From Carcharhinus longimanus (lineage: Eukaryota), in contig JASCQW010000137.1 in NCBI GenBank assembly GCA_030264375.1, forward strand, positions 26,031,114 through 26,095,113: 64,000 nt of DNA. The letters are read 5' to 3'. Both the position numbers and the translations under genes were made by a program. Below, piece by piece: positions 12,132-24,157 of the stretch; position 1 is the first letter of the stretch; every line of letters begins with the position of its first letter. A model generated the notes under the pieces. That model did no database searches. It worked only from the letters and a program-made list of their open reading frames with translations, and was not told the DNA's origin.

Positions 12132-13984
12132 AGTTTACTAGGATTGCCAAGTAATTGCCCCTGGGGAATGGCACTGCTTCTGTGAATCACAAACCTGCTG
12201 CCCTCTCAGGATGACAGCATTTGCCCACCTATGAGGACTGCTGCTCATCTAACCCTTGAAGTCAGAGCTATATGCAACATCATCCCCGTTATGCAACTAC
12301 CCTACAAACCACTCAGCATTTCTACAAACTCGAACAGAGCCAATATAAGCTAAACAGCAGCTAACCCAACAGTGGTTGATGATCCCTTTAAATTGCACCT
12401 AGTGGGTGGTTCTGTCCTACCTGCTGAAAGCTGGTTCTACGCATTTAAGAGAAAGTGTCATCTAAACTGTTGGGGTCATAAACAGAAATGTTGTTGTCAG
12501 TTAGAGCTACAGGCTGATTGACGTCACTACCTACCAACTCTGAATTTATCTATAGGATACATTCCTAATGCTTGCACTAACACTCTCAACATGGTGGCAC
12601 ATTATGGGTCATACCGGAAATGTGCATTTTGGTACAAAATGGCATCCTTGGAGCCTAAACAAGAGGCACCAACTTTGCTGCCAAAAAATAAATTTTATTG
12701 AGTGTTAAAATAAAGACTAAATGGATACAGGGCAGAATGGTGTATTTCCATCTGTGTGCCCCCCCCACCCCCAAGTTGGACNNNNNNNNNNCTTCTGCGT
12801 GAAATGAGACTCATTCTAACTCCCGGTGGACACAGACCCACAAGAGGTGTAATCCTAAACTGACATTCTTGACTGGAGAAATCAAAAGAATGGCTGGAGG
12901 TGAGAAGTGAAGATATTCACGCCGGTGCAGTTGTGCGTGCTTTCTGAAGTCTGGGGTTGTGCACATTATTAGTGCACAGCAGAGGCAACCTTCTCTCAGC
13001 ACTTTGGCTCTTTTTCGCCAGACTTGCTAGCTCTCAATGCTAACAATGATGTTTTCAACCAAGTATTAAACCATTCTGTTCCTGAACACAGGCGCCTTCA
13101 CCTTAAGGCGAGACCGTGTGAAGTGATGGGGCCAAATCTCTCACTGCAGCCAGCCAATTACGATGCTTCCTACCTCCTTCAGCTTGGAAATTGTTTAGTC
13201 CATAAATCAAGCAGCTAGTTCTGGAGATTTACAAGTCACGCTGCACTTCTTCATTCTTTGAAATTGCTGGTCTGTTTGAGTATTCACAGCAGCATGTCTG
13301 GTTAACTCACCACTATTTTCCCACAACAAGCTTGGACCCAATAAATGGCACAAAAACGAACGTGATCATGAAAGAATTGAGAGAACATCCACACCCAACA
13401 TTGCGCAGTAATTATTTTTTGTGGTACTTTTCCTAGTAACTTTTTTTTTAAGTTTTCTGATGCGAGGTTTATTAAAGTCTTTGGCCAATATTCAAGTTTG
13501 GCACATTACCCATATAACAGGATGTGCTCCTGATTCTGGCTGATCTGCTGTCTTCAGGGTTATTAATGTAATTTTGGCAGTTTCCTTGGCCTGGGAACTC
13601 TGCCTGGAGTTCGAGGCTGAACTTTGCTGTGTTAGGTTCCAGAGGCTAGTCACGCCACTGCATACAGCTGCTGAGCAGCCTGTAAAATACAACGTTTAAA
13701 ACAAAAATCAAAAGCAATCCGCTTCCTTTTTCTTTCCCCCACTGGATTTTCACACTTCAACTAGTCTCCTCCACTGCCATAGCAACACTGGATTCCAGGG
13801 ATGAGCAGGCAACCCCTTGTGTCCATTGTTGCTATGACGCAAATGACAGAAATAAGTCATACTCGATCATTCGCATGCACTTACATTATGCCTGGGTTTA
13901 AATAAGCTTATTATACACCATCCATCCCTCCTGGGTGAAATCAGCTGAACATTAAAAATGGCCGGGAACCCATCATCCAAACCC

Positions 13985-14160
13985 AGAACAAAGAAAATTA
14001 CAACACAGGAACAGACCCTTCGGCCCTCCAAGCCTACATCGACCATGCTGCCCAACTGAACTAAACCCCATCCCCCCACCCCACCCTCCCCAATCCTTCT
14101 GGGGGCCCTATCCATGTATTTGTCCAGAAGCCCCTTAAAACTCACCATCATATCTAGCCA
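13985..14160 (-). mobile_element. CR1 3' end fragment
   Basis: AGAACAAAGAAAATTACAACACAGGAACAGACCCTTCGGCCC; minus strand reads FKGLLDKYMD. Confidence 0.7.
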
Positions 14161-14559
14161 CACCAAATTACACCCACGATAAAATCATTGGTTGGGAAGG
14201 ACAGAGAATCCTGACCCCTACCCCCCCATCCATTGCCATTTTTCCATTAAGCACTGTATTATAATTTAGAGATATTTTACATTTCTGCAAAAGTAGGCAG
14301 CAGTGTAAGCAAACTGGGTGGTGAGGCCGAGATATTTGTGAAGGGAAAGCTAGAATCCACTTGGCAGAGCTACCCTTTAAGAAGTGTCTTCACATTTTGA
14401 AGTTAGATCATTATGGGTTCCTTGCAGCATTACTGCTGCAGATCCATCGAGACGCCGGTATATATTATTTTCAGTACTTTAGGATTCGTTTCCTTTAGCT
14501 AGATTTCAAATAACAGCTTTTGATGACTGAAAAGTTACTTCAGGTGATTTCAGCAAAGA

Positions 14560-15420
14560 AGTGACACACATAACCGTGAAAAGTCATTCTCCAATGTTGT
14601 CACTCGTCAGTTTTTCCCAGATACATTGTTTCAGGCAACAAAAAAATAATGAGGAATCATGAAGCTATTAGCATTTGACAGAAGAGAGAAGGGTTAAGTC
14701 CAACTCCTCGGTCCAGTTAAGCGCCGTAGAAAAAGCAGCTGTTGGATTGAAATCCTGCAAGTTTTAGCGTGTCAGTATCGCTGAGATTCAGACCTCTGTG
14801 TGCTTGCTGAGGTCAGCTCATTTCCATTACTCTGCAACCTGCTCATTAATTAATTACTCATTAAACTAATCATAGTTGGTGTACTTCACATCAGGAGTCA
14901 GGGAGCATCCTGTAATTACGGCGAGGACAGCAGAGCACACTGCAGTGATGGTGAGAGTGAGAGAGCGTGGTATCATCATTACAAGCATCCGGTATAATAG
15001 TGAACATGGGAGCTGGACTGTGAAAGCATGTGCTATAATGATCGGGGGGGATCAAGGAAGGTCACTTCAAGTATCTGGTAATAACCGTGAGCATACGAGA
15101 TACAAATTCTGTTTGTTTCTTTCAGTTTTGAACTTAAAATTATCTCTAAATCCTTGTTGAGAAATTACACATTAACTCAAGAGGACTGACATAAAGGACT
15201 TGATTTTCAAAGAGGGAAGTTGCACAATGGTAGCTGCAGTGCTATCTTGATTAGTCTGACATCTTTGGATATGTACCAATTTGCAAAGGTTACAAATCAC
15301 GTACTTTATTAATAACCAAGGAAGTGCAATGATGTTAATTTTATGCTCTAATCTTCTCCAGGCAGTGAGGATATTACCATGACAATACAAGCCCAAAGGC
15401 AAACTGCCATGTTTTTGGAT
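14560..15420. promoter_or_regulatory. Candidate conserved non-coding element / enhancer block
   Basis: No recognisable repeat, CpGs retained, clustered TAAT/ATTA sites (CTCATTAATTAATTACTCATTAAACTAATC ~14843-14872). Conservation not tested. Confidence 0.35.
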
Positions 15421-17053
15421 ACAGGCTAGGATTTCCCTAGTCCTCCCCACAGGGGGTTTAATAGTGGGTGGGGGGAGGTAAACAGTTTGGCAAGAACTGA
15501 AAATTCAGTAGCATGAAATGATGGCAGGGATGTGCATTCCCACCCGTCATGGCAGGTCATCATTCTTCCCAGAGGCTGGAGTGAAGCTGTCTTGTATCCC
15601 ACTAATGGGATGCAGATAAAGGCCTGACCAGAATTGTCTCCCTCATCCAATCATCCACACTGCCAGCGGGAAATTATGCCAATCCTGAAATGTCCAGTCA
15701 AATTTGGCCTTGGCAAGTCGAGAGTCACTGGAAGGAGACCTGGAGCAGTTTGGACAAAGATTGTAAAAGGTGGAGGCCTCAACCAACCATGATTCTTGCA
15801 GCGCCACAAGCAGCCATGGGTGGGTGAAGCTTCAACCATATGGATCACAGCACTGCAGGAGCTTCCAGGAGGTGGAACTATAGGTGGACATCTGCAAGAG
15901 GTACCATTTGGTGGTAATGGGCTGTGTGAATGGGGGTGGGGGGGAACGATTAGAAGAAGAGGCAAGCAATGAAAAGTTGGGATGAGTGTGAAGGCCTTGG
16001 GGAATTCAGAGAAGTTGGGCTGGTATGGGAAAGGGTGAAGTGGGGAGGAAATGCTATGGGGATTGAGGACAGGGTGAGGTGATATGGAATGGGGGGGGGG
16101 GGGGGTGGGAAGGGTCATGGTGGAGTATGGGCAAGGGCAGGTGTGCAAATGTGAACAAGCATCAGAGGAATAGAAGGGAAAGAGTTCAGAGGGACATGTC
16201 TGTGCTGTCAACTGGTGAGTCCTGAGGGAGATACTGAGTGAAGCGTTGAGAGAATGGATGGTGAGGGTTAAAGTGGGGCAGTGGAAGCCTGTACAGTATG
16301 AAGATGAGGATTCTGCAATGACCAATGGAGGAACATTGAGGGTTGTTGGATGGGACACGGAGATAAACCAGATTCTCTAAGTTGACAGGCTGAGATGGGG
16401 GCATATTGATTGTCACAGGACTGGGCTCCTCAGGAAAGGTAGGGGACGTGGAAATTCACCGATAGGGTTGGAGGGTGATGGGGAAGGTTTGGAGGGTGAC
16501 AGTGGTCAAAGATAACACCAGGAGGATTGTAGGTATGGATGGGGGAATGGGAGGGTATAGCGAACTGAAGAGGGTGTTGATGACAATGGGAGACTGGAAA
16601 GTGTTGGACTATCTGAAAAGTCACATGTACTATGACCATTTACAACCATCTGGAGCCTTGAGATGGAGAGCTTGAAATGGTGCCTGGGATTGTGTCAACG
16701 TGGGTGGGCGAAGCAGTCAGCTCAACTGGACACCGAAGGAGAGCCCCAGCATATAGCACTGACAATGCTGGAGTATTGGGATAGATGAACGTGTGAACGG
16801 AAAAGGTTCAGTGTGTGTGGGACTTCTTGCATCCGGTTCATAAGGGCCCTGGCAAACACCTTTGCCTCACTGCATGATTCCAGGAGAGAAAAATCCATCC
16901 TGGGGTGTCCCACTCAAAATGGTAGGGGTGGGGGGTTTCACACACAGGCTTAAGGCCTACAAATCATAAATAAACCAAATCTAACGAGTGCAAGTGTTGT
17001 CTATTTACAAGAAATGTAAAGCATTAACAACCATAGTGTACCCGTGAAACCAC

Positions 17054-17169
17054 GAGTGGGATTTTCCGGCTGTGCTGACCCCGAAACCGGAAAATCCTGC
17101 CCGAGGTCAATGGACCATTTCATGGTCTGCCCCTCTCCCCGTCACGGGCGAGGTGGTAAATTTGCCCCC
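17054..17169. mobile_element. Harbinger-type MITE nested in the larger element
   Basis: Termini GAGTGGGATTTTCCGG...GGTAAATTTGCCCC. Internal GGAAAATCCTGCCCGAGGTCAA is shared with 26755-26881 and, in antisense, 35697-35795. Confidence 0.6.
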
Positions 17170-17179
17170 ATGTGTGAAA

Positions 17180-18547
17180 TCATATCTTTTTAATCATGTG
17201 TTTCCTACCAGGTGGGGGCGACCAGTTTGCACTGTTGTCTTTGATAACCGTGGTGACCATCCTTTGGAAAGCTGTGGGCCCCCGCTTACTTTGGCTGCCC
17301 TCTGTGGTCACAGAGGATGAAGCCAAAGGGTCATAGGCAAAGGGGATTCCAAAGGGCCGGTCACCCTCAGAGTGGGCTGACTGGAGGTCTCGGGGTGTCC
17401 AACATCTGCTTCTCCTCATGGTGGGTGCCTAAAGGCACCTGCTTGACGCCTCGAGGAAAAGGGGCACCAGGAGGGAGGTTGAGGTTCCCCATTAACCTCT
17501 CGCATAGCCATAGCAAGATCTCACCCATGGCTACAGTGATGGAATACAGGTGTGCACACATCCCCAACATGAATTTGGTGTTCTGATGGAAGATGTTCTT
17601 CATCAGAGAGCAGGCAAATGGACTCCCTCGCCTCCTGTGCCACTCCTTTCAAAGCCCCCACCACCCCTGCCTGATGTTCCCCTGCCTCTCGCACCATCTT
17701 GGGCAGGGCCAATACCAGAGACTTGTCACCCAACTTGGGCATCGCAGATGCCTCTTCCCCAGTGGTTCTCCAATTGCAGGTGAGCTTTGCTGACCCTGCC
17801 TTCTCCTGCTGTGAACACGTGTCCACATGGCCCCTTCTGGCCTTTGAGCTCACTCTCCAATTGTGCCTTAAAAACTTTTCCTACACAGAGAGAAGATGGG
17901 GTTGAAAGTAGTTGGGTTTCAGGTGTCTCTCAAATAGCCCCTGGATTGGGTGCCTTGTGATTGATGGATGGCAGCTTATCCACAAGGGTTCTCAGGCAGC
18001 ACCTTCCAGAGCAGTGAGCCCATGCAGATAGAAGGATAACGTTCACAGAGGCATGTCATTGGCAGTGCTTGCTGGAGTCCTCAATGTCAAACCCCCCTTT
18101 CCACAATCCCCGAACAGCGTGTGTGTATGGGGGAGGGTCAGAGACACTCACTAGCCTCTCCACCTGGAGATTAATGGACTGCAGTGGGGAGATGAGGCAT
18201 CACCTTACACCTTATCATATTGAGTAGCTTGTTTATACATGGACTGAATGGATAGTGTCCTTGACACGGAGGCCCATGTAACCTGAAACAGTGAGGTGAG
18301 TGTGAGCAGTTGAGTGTTCATTTATGCTGGCAGAGGTCATTCATCCATTTCCAGCACTGAGGGCAGCCCTTTAGCAGAGGCCCTGGGCACTGACCACCCG
18401 GGTGACTTCCTCCAAGACAAGGTTGGTCACACAGCTTAGCCTGCTCCTTCCATTCTTGGGGTAAAACGCCTTCAGTGCACCGAACAGAACATCAAGGGAA
18501 GTGTTGTTGAACCTGGGGGCTGGGACTCCCCAAGATCGCTGGACCAT
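17180..18547 (-). pseudogene. Harbinger Myb/SANT-like DNA-binding protein gene, decayed and spliced
   Basis: Exon 1 MVQRSWGVPAPRFNNTSLDVLFGAL...EEVTRVVS, then (frameshifted) QCWKWMNDL, the Myb_DNA-bind_5-like APRF...QCRKR.NDL pattern. Acceptor TCTTCTCTCTGTGTAG at ~17881 followed by EKFLRHN. Confidence 0.7.
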
Positions 18548-19589
18548 CCCCTTCTTCCACAGTGGGTTTGCAACAAAGGGTTTGATGTCTGAGCACCTTT
18601 TAAATACGACTCCAGGATATGATGGCAGGGAGCATGTCAATCTACCCCTGCTGCATGATATGTCCTGACTGCATAATTAATTAGACAGGCATCATACAAA
18701 TTTGACACAAACTCCCACTGGCTTCCACGGCAGCAAAAACTCTCAATTCTCACCCCCCCGACTTTTACCCAGAATCGAAAATCCCAGCCCATGATTTCAG
18801 GCTTTTAGTTTAAATAGACTTTTCTTCAAATGAGCCCTTCTTATTTGTAACATTATCCCAAAGAAGTGACAAAGAAGTATGCCAAAGCATAATTCCTCCT
18901 CACCTCAAATTTAAATGAAGGCCATGGACAGAGTTATTCCTGAATAACTTTGCCTCTATGAGTTTGTACAGCTGGCTGGTGAGATAGTCAGTCATAGTGC
19001 TAGACAGGCCCAGCGAGGAGACTTACATTATGGAATAACATGCCCTTTAAAAACTGAAGGAAATACCTTTGCACATTATTAAAATGGGACAGTTGGAGGG
19101 ATTAACATCATTATACTTCCGTGGATGAAGTACACGGTTTGTACCCTTTCCAAGTCGGTACATATCTAAAAATGTCAGACTAATCAATGATAATATTGCC
19201 ATGGCTATCATTTGCTTGGGATACTTTATAAAACTGTAATGAGCAAAGTAATTTACAAATCATGCCCCTACTATTACAGCATTTTGCAGATTCAGTTCTC
19301 CAGTCAGACTGAGATGTAGGAAATCAGGAAAAGAATGGGTGCCAGTTTAAGCTATTATCTTACTATGTTTAGTCATTTTTCTTTCCACATGGGGTGCTTA
19401 ATGGTATCAGAAACTGTGAAGAAAGAAAGGGTCTTTCAATCCAAGAAGCCAGTGTGCTTTTTACGCCGAACTCGACAAAAAGAAGAAAGCTCGGACACTG
19501 TTCTCGCAAATGTTGTTAAAGCAACTGGCATCAAGGCAGCATTAGGCAGCCTCACATATGGGGCACAGTTGAGAAGGAAGCATTAGAAA

Positions 19590-20950
19590 AGCAGACCAGT
19601 TTGTCAATGTCATGCTGGAACAGGCAAGAAGGGGATAGCCCACACACCATTATCTCCATGTTCTACAGGAGAAGAGTATGCACAACCATTGTGAAATGTC
19701 TTGGCCAGGTGCTGGTAGGGTGGTCCATCATGGAGGGCATTGCGAGGGGGCTATCACAGCAGATCATGTGGGCAGTGGAGAGTCAGGGGCTCAGTCAGAT
19801 GGAAGAGCAGGGAGGGAACTCCTGCCTCATCGGCTGCTGGCATCGAAGGGGTTGGTTGTGCCAAGGCATCTGTTGTGTAGGCTGGGTTCACCACCTTCAG
19901 GCTCTGAGGAGGAGGTGGGAGGAGCAGAGTGTCACTGGCTGCTTTGAATGGGCAAAACTCTGCAGAGTCTGCACTGTTCATCCCTACCTTCCATCAGTGC
20001 AGACACATTCACTTTAGATGGGCTTCAAATCAAGATTAGGACAGAAAGCGCTGGATGAGCAGCGCCTCACACGTGAGCAGGTGGAGGAGGGTGAGGCAGT
20101 CAGCTATATGCAATCCCCTTTGGAAGATAGATGACAGAAACTGTCAAGTTTCACTGCGCGACGGTGCTGGGCTTAGGGTGTCATAAATGAGGACCACCTT
20201 TCTGGATCAGGGACAGATAAGTTCCCTATTGGTGGAGATCCCCGAAGTATTGCAGCGTCAATGACGGAGTCTGTACAGCACATGGACTTTGTGATGCATC
20301 AGATTTTTATCTCATGAACCTCTGCATTGAGAGAGTGGCCGACCTCTTGGAGATCCATACGCAGGAACAACATGCTGACATGCAAAGGGTTGTGAGCATC
20401 TGGAACTCTTCCTCAAAAGTGGAAGCAGAATCTTTGACTATTTTTAAGGCAGAATTAGATAGACTCTTGATTAGCAAAGGTAAAATGTTGTTGAAGGTAG
20501 GCAGGAGTGCAGGGATGAAGTTACAATCAGATCTGCCACGATCTTATTGAATAGTAGAGCAAGACCAAGGGGTCCTAATTTGTCTGTTCATGTGCACAGT
20601 GATACTCTTGGTGTCACTGACTGTGTAGAGATGATTGAAGAGGAGGTCTCAACCAACATGCAAGGGCACCATGAAATGGCTGAGATAGTTGAAGAGGATA
20701 ATGAGGGGGCAATGGCGTCATTACTTGCCCCATCCCCTCTGCCCCCCAACTCAGGAACCATCCAGAAGAACCTGTGACAAACACTGTCCCTGCAGCAAGT
20801 GAAGCAGCCGTTGGAGAAGCCCCAGAAACATCTCCAGGCGACAGAGGCCATAGGCATCTCAGCCAGATGCAGATACAATGGAGCAGGCTGCCTCCATCTC
20901 ACCCTCAGCCACAGGGGCAGCACCCTGAGAAAAGGGTGAGAGCGTAAGGT
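19590..20950 (+). pseudogene. Harbinger Myb/SANT-like gene remnant (second copy)
   Basis: Acceptor TTCTACAG at 19668 followed by EKSMHN, the same exon start as the other copies. C-terminal EQAASISPSATGAAP*...RK motif at ~20880-20950. Interrupted by a CR1 fragment. Confidence 0.55.
20383..20590 (+). mobile_element. CR1 3' end fragment inserted in the Harbinger element
   Basis: QRVVSIWNS...VEAESLTIFKAELDRLL, the CR1 ORF2 C-terminus. Confidence 0.75.
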
Positions 20951-21182
20951 GCCATATTGTTTGTCATGGGTACTGTTTCCGCAACTTATTTGTTCATTTA
21001 CTTCTGCTGTAATAATAAATTGGTAGCAATTATCATTTGGCTATGTGTTTTCAGACCTCTATATTAATAATGCTGAGTGTCTATAGAGGAATGATATGAT
21101 GGCAGGAGGGTGGTTGGCTGCTGGCAGTAGGGCTGGGGTTTGCAGTGACTCCATAGTTTGTGATGTGAGGCAATGGGATTAT

Positions 21183-21550
21183 TCAGATGTCTGTTTGCTG
21201 GATAATTTCTCTCCCTTGTGGAAGGCAAGTTCCAACATCATCTGTCACGGTAGGAATGGCACTTAAGAGAAACATTGCTGAATCAGCATGGCCTTGCTGC
21301 AATGCCAGCATGGCAAACACCATGGATCCAGATCCGCAGCTAATCCCGGGCTGATCCAGTTGCATAGAAATTCCACACTGCAGTGACCTTGATGGTTTTA
21401 GGCAGGGGACTGCCACTGGGGCACAGGCTTCAGGTCATTATGGATTTGAACACAAATATCCAAGACTAACTGCCTAGATAAATGCAGTCTCCGAAGGCGC
21501 TTGCATCCTTTCCATGCTTGGATGGTACACCACTGTCTTGGGTACCTTAC
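21183..21550 (-). pseudogene. Harbinger (HARBI1-like) transposase remnant, internally deleted
   Basis: RLRRLHLSRQLVLDIC..IHNDLKP, then frameshift to PLPKTIKVTAVWNFYATGS (21408-21352), matching the N-terminal HARBI1-family motif. The DDE core is missing. Confidence 0.7.
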
Positions 21551-21560
21551 AGCTTCTCTC

Positions 21561-21838
21561 GTTGCACAGTGGTTAGCACTGCCAGGACCCAGATTCAGTT
21601 TTTGGTTTGAGACACTGTATGGAGTTTGCACATTCTCTGTGTCTCCGGGTACTCCGGTTTCTTCCCACAATTCAAAGATGTGCAGGCTAGGTGAATTCGC
21701 CATGCTAAATTCTCCCTCAGTGTACCTAAACGGGCGGCAGAGTGTGGCGACTAGAGACTAGGGGATTTTCACAGAAACTTCGTTGCAGTGTGAATGTAGG
21801 CCTACTCGTGATTAATAAATAAACTTTACTTTTACTTT
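21561..21838 (+). mobile_element. HE1-like V-SINE with alternative (non-CR1) tail
   Basis: GCACAGTGGTTAGCACTGCC head and V-domain. Tail GGGGATTTTCACAG.AACTTC.TTGCAGTGT.AATGTA.GCCTACT.GTGA..AATAAATAAACTTT. Confidence 0.85.
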
Positions 21839-22210
21839 GACTTCCTCCTGACGAGGAGAGTCACTCTTCTAAATAGCCTCCTCACTTCTCTGCCCAATAT
21901 TAATCTGCTCCCATTCCAAATCCCTCATCCAGTGCTTATTCATTCAGCAAAGTTTCTTGGGCCAACATCTGCTGTGCCACTAGCTCCAGCAATGGAAATT
22001 CTATACCTGTGGGGTGAGCAGCTTAGCATTATTCACCTTTTCTTATGTTGACCAATGCATCCGTTAGCCCTGATGGTTCCTCACTGTGTTCCAACAGCTG
22101 AACCTGACATATCCCTGTTCTCCTGCCTCAGATCTGTTGTAGCGGCATGGCTAACAGCAAGATTTCTTCAAAGCATGATGGGAAATAGCCTCCCTCACAA
22201 ACCTATAAAA

Positions 22211-22769
22211 TGCTGACATTTGGGGTTTAGTCTACATCAGGAAGAAAACGAGAAGAAAAACCAGACTGCTGGTCAAAAAGGTCTCAGGGGTAGGTATTGT
22301 TTGACTTTTGTGGTTACAAGAGCTACTATTGATGGGAACAATGGAACAGATTTGTCCAAAGGTTGTGAAAACAGGACACATGATCTCAACATTGGGGAGT
22401 TCTTGGGAGACAAGTAGAATCAGTATAAAGGTGAAAGACTTAAGATATCTGCAATGACAATCTGGGATAAACCACTGCAAAGGAAGACCCTGAGTTCAGA
22501 ACTCTCAGGCAAGTGAACAAACCTGGCCAGTTCATCATGCACAGGTGGTATTTTAAATCCAAGTTGCAAATCTTGCAACCTGTCATAGATAAATGCTAAA
22601 GTAGTGAGCTAAACAAATTATCTTTAAGGAGGAAGGTATATTGGGTATGTGTGTTTTGTATGTTCAAGTATTACGTAATAAACTATAAGTTGAACCAGTT
22701 TATTGTCTGGGGTCTTTGTCCAACACAATGAAGTAAACAGTTGACGCCCTCAAGAGACAAGAGTTAACA
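22211..22769 (+). mobile_element. Candidate solo LTR
   Basis: TG...TTAACA termini, TATAAA at ~22424, AATAAA at ~22677. No clear TSD. Confidence 0.4.
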
Positions 22770-23470
22770 CTGTTAATGTGTCCTACAAAGAGTTCACAAC
22801 AATTTTATTGGGGGTGAGCAGATTTCAGGGCTCCCACACCCTGTCCTTTTGAAAACAGTGTTGCATTTGGATGCATCGAGACCCAGTGACCCCTTCTGGG
22901 AAGGCATTTTTCAATGCACATTCACACCTATGCTCGCCTCCACTGACAACTGAATATTCAGGTCACATCTGAAAGACCACTTAAAACTTTATAACAACCC
23001 AGTGAGCAGCAATGAGTTTTAAAACTAGTCTGCAGCTACGACCTTTTGTCCTCCGTTTAACTTGAAACATTCCGGACGTCTTTTCCGTTCTTGTTGGCAT
23101 CGCACATACCTCTCTAAGATGGCCTCTAAACTGGTATCATTCAAACCTAAAGAGTCCCAAGCTTTCAATTCTGCTCACAGCCTACACCTTCTGCATTTGG
23201 GATCTGCCTCTCAGGTTTGCTCTGCACCATCTCAACAACTTGGATGTTTCCCTTGCATCTCGACGTTAACGGAACTCAGTATTCAAGTTTCAGCTTAAAC
23301 AAGGTACCTTGGATTTAAATTCACCGATTTGGTAATATAGATCATGTTTTATCAGCTTTGTTAGTTGCTGCTGGCTCACAGTTGAACATTTTCAGTATTA
23401 AGCTTACCAACACATATTCATGCCTTTCAGTCTCTCTTGCATCGGTCCAACACCATTCATTTAGCAAACA

Positions 23471-23792
23471 CAGAACATAGATAGAACATTACAGCGCAGT
23501 ACAGGCCCTTCGGCCCTCGATGTCGTGCCGACCAGTGGAACCAATCTAATGACCCTCNNNNNNNNNNNNNNNNNNNNNNNNNNNNNNNNNNNNNNNNNNN
23601 NNNNNNNNNNNNNNNNNNNNNNNNNNNNNNNNNNNNNNNNNNNNNNNNNNNNNNNNNCCACAACTGCTGCAGGCAGGGCATTCCACACCCTTACTACCCT
23701 CTGAGTAAAGAACCTACCTCTGACATCCGTCCTACAATTACCACCCCTCAATTTAAAGCTATGTCCCCTTGTGTTAGCCATCACCATCCGAG
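23471..23792 (-). mobile_element. CR1 (HER1-like) 3' end spanning a gap
   Basis: [11 protein letters not shown]...[19 protein letters not shown], the canonical CR1 C-terminus, plus the standard tail. Confidence 0.85.
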
Positions 23793-23845
23793 GTCACCAT
23801 CTTTAATTTCAGTTGTAAAGCATTGCAGTTGTTTTGTCTCTATGA

Positions 23846-24157
23846 GTGGCACAGTGATTAGTACTGCTGCCTCACAGTGCCAGGGACCCGGGTTCAGTTC
23901 CAGCTTCGGGTGACTGTCCGTGTGGAGTTTGCACATTCTCTCCGTGTCTGAGTGGGTTTCTTCCAGGTGCTCTGGTTTCCTCCTACAGTCTGAAAGACGT
24001 GCTAGTTAAGTTGACTAGCGATACTAAATTGTCGCTTTGTGTCAGGAGGATTGGCAGGGTAAGTACATGAGGTTAAGGGATAGGGGCTGGTGGGATTGTC
24101 GTCGGTGCAGGCACAATAGGCCAAATGGCCTCTTTCTGCATTGTAGGAATTCTACAA
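23846..24157 (+). mobile_element. HE1-like V-SINE with CR1-type tail
   Basis: GTGGCACAGTGATTAGTACTGCTGCCTCACAGTGCCAGGGACCCGGGTTC...tail GGCCTCTTTCTGCATTGTAGGAATTCTA. Confidence 0.9.

Larger units (their letters stand above)
15423..18790 (-). mobile_element. Decayed PIF/Harbinger transposon
   Basis: Imperfect TIRs AGGCTAGGATTTCCC (15423) / GAAAATCCCAGCCC (18777-18790). Contains a Myb/SANT-like pseudogene on the minus strand and a G-rich internal segment. Confidence 0.6.

Noticed and set aside
15651-16358. Longest ORF (235 aa, Pro/His/Ser-rich, minus strand)
   Set aside because: By-product of the C-rich antisense of a G-rich tract inside a transposon; no domain and a non-ATG start.
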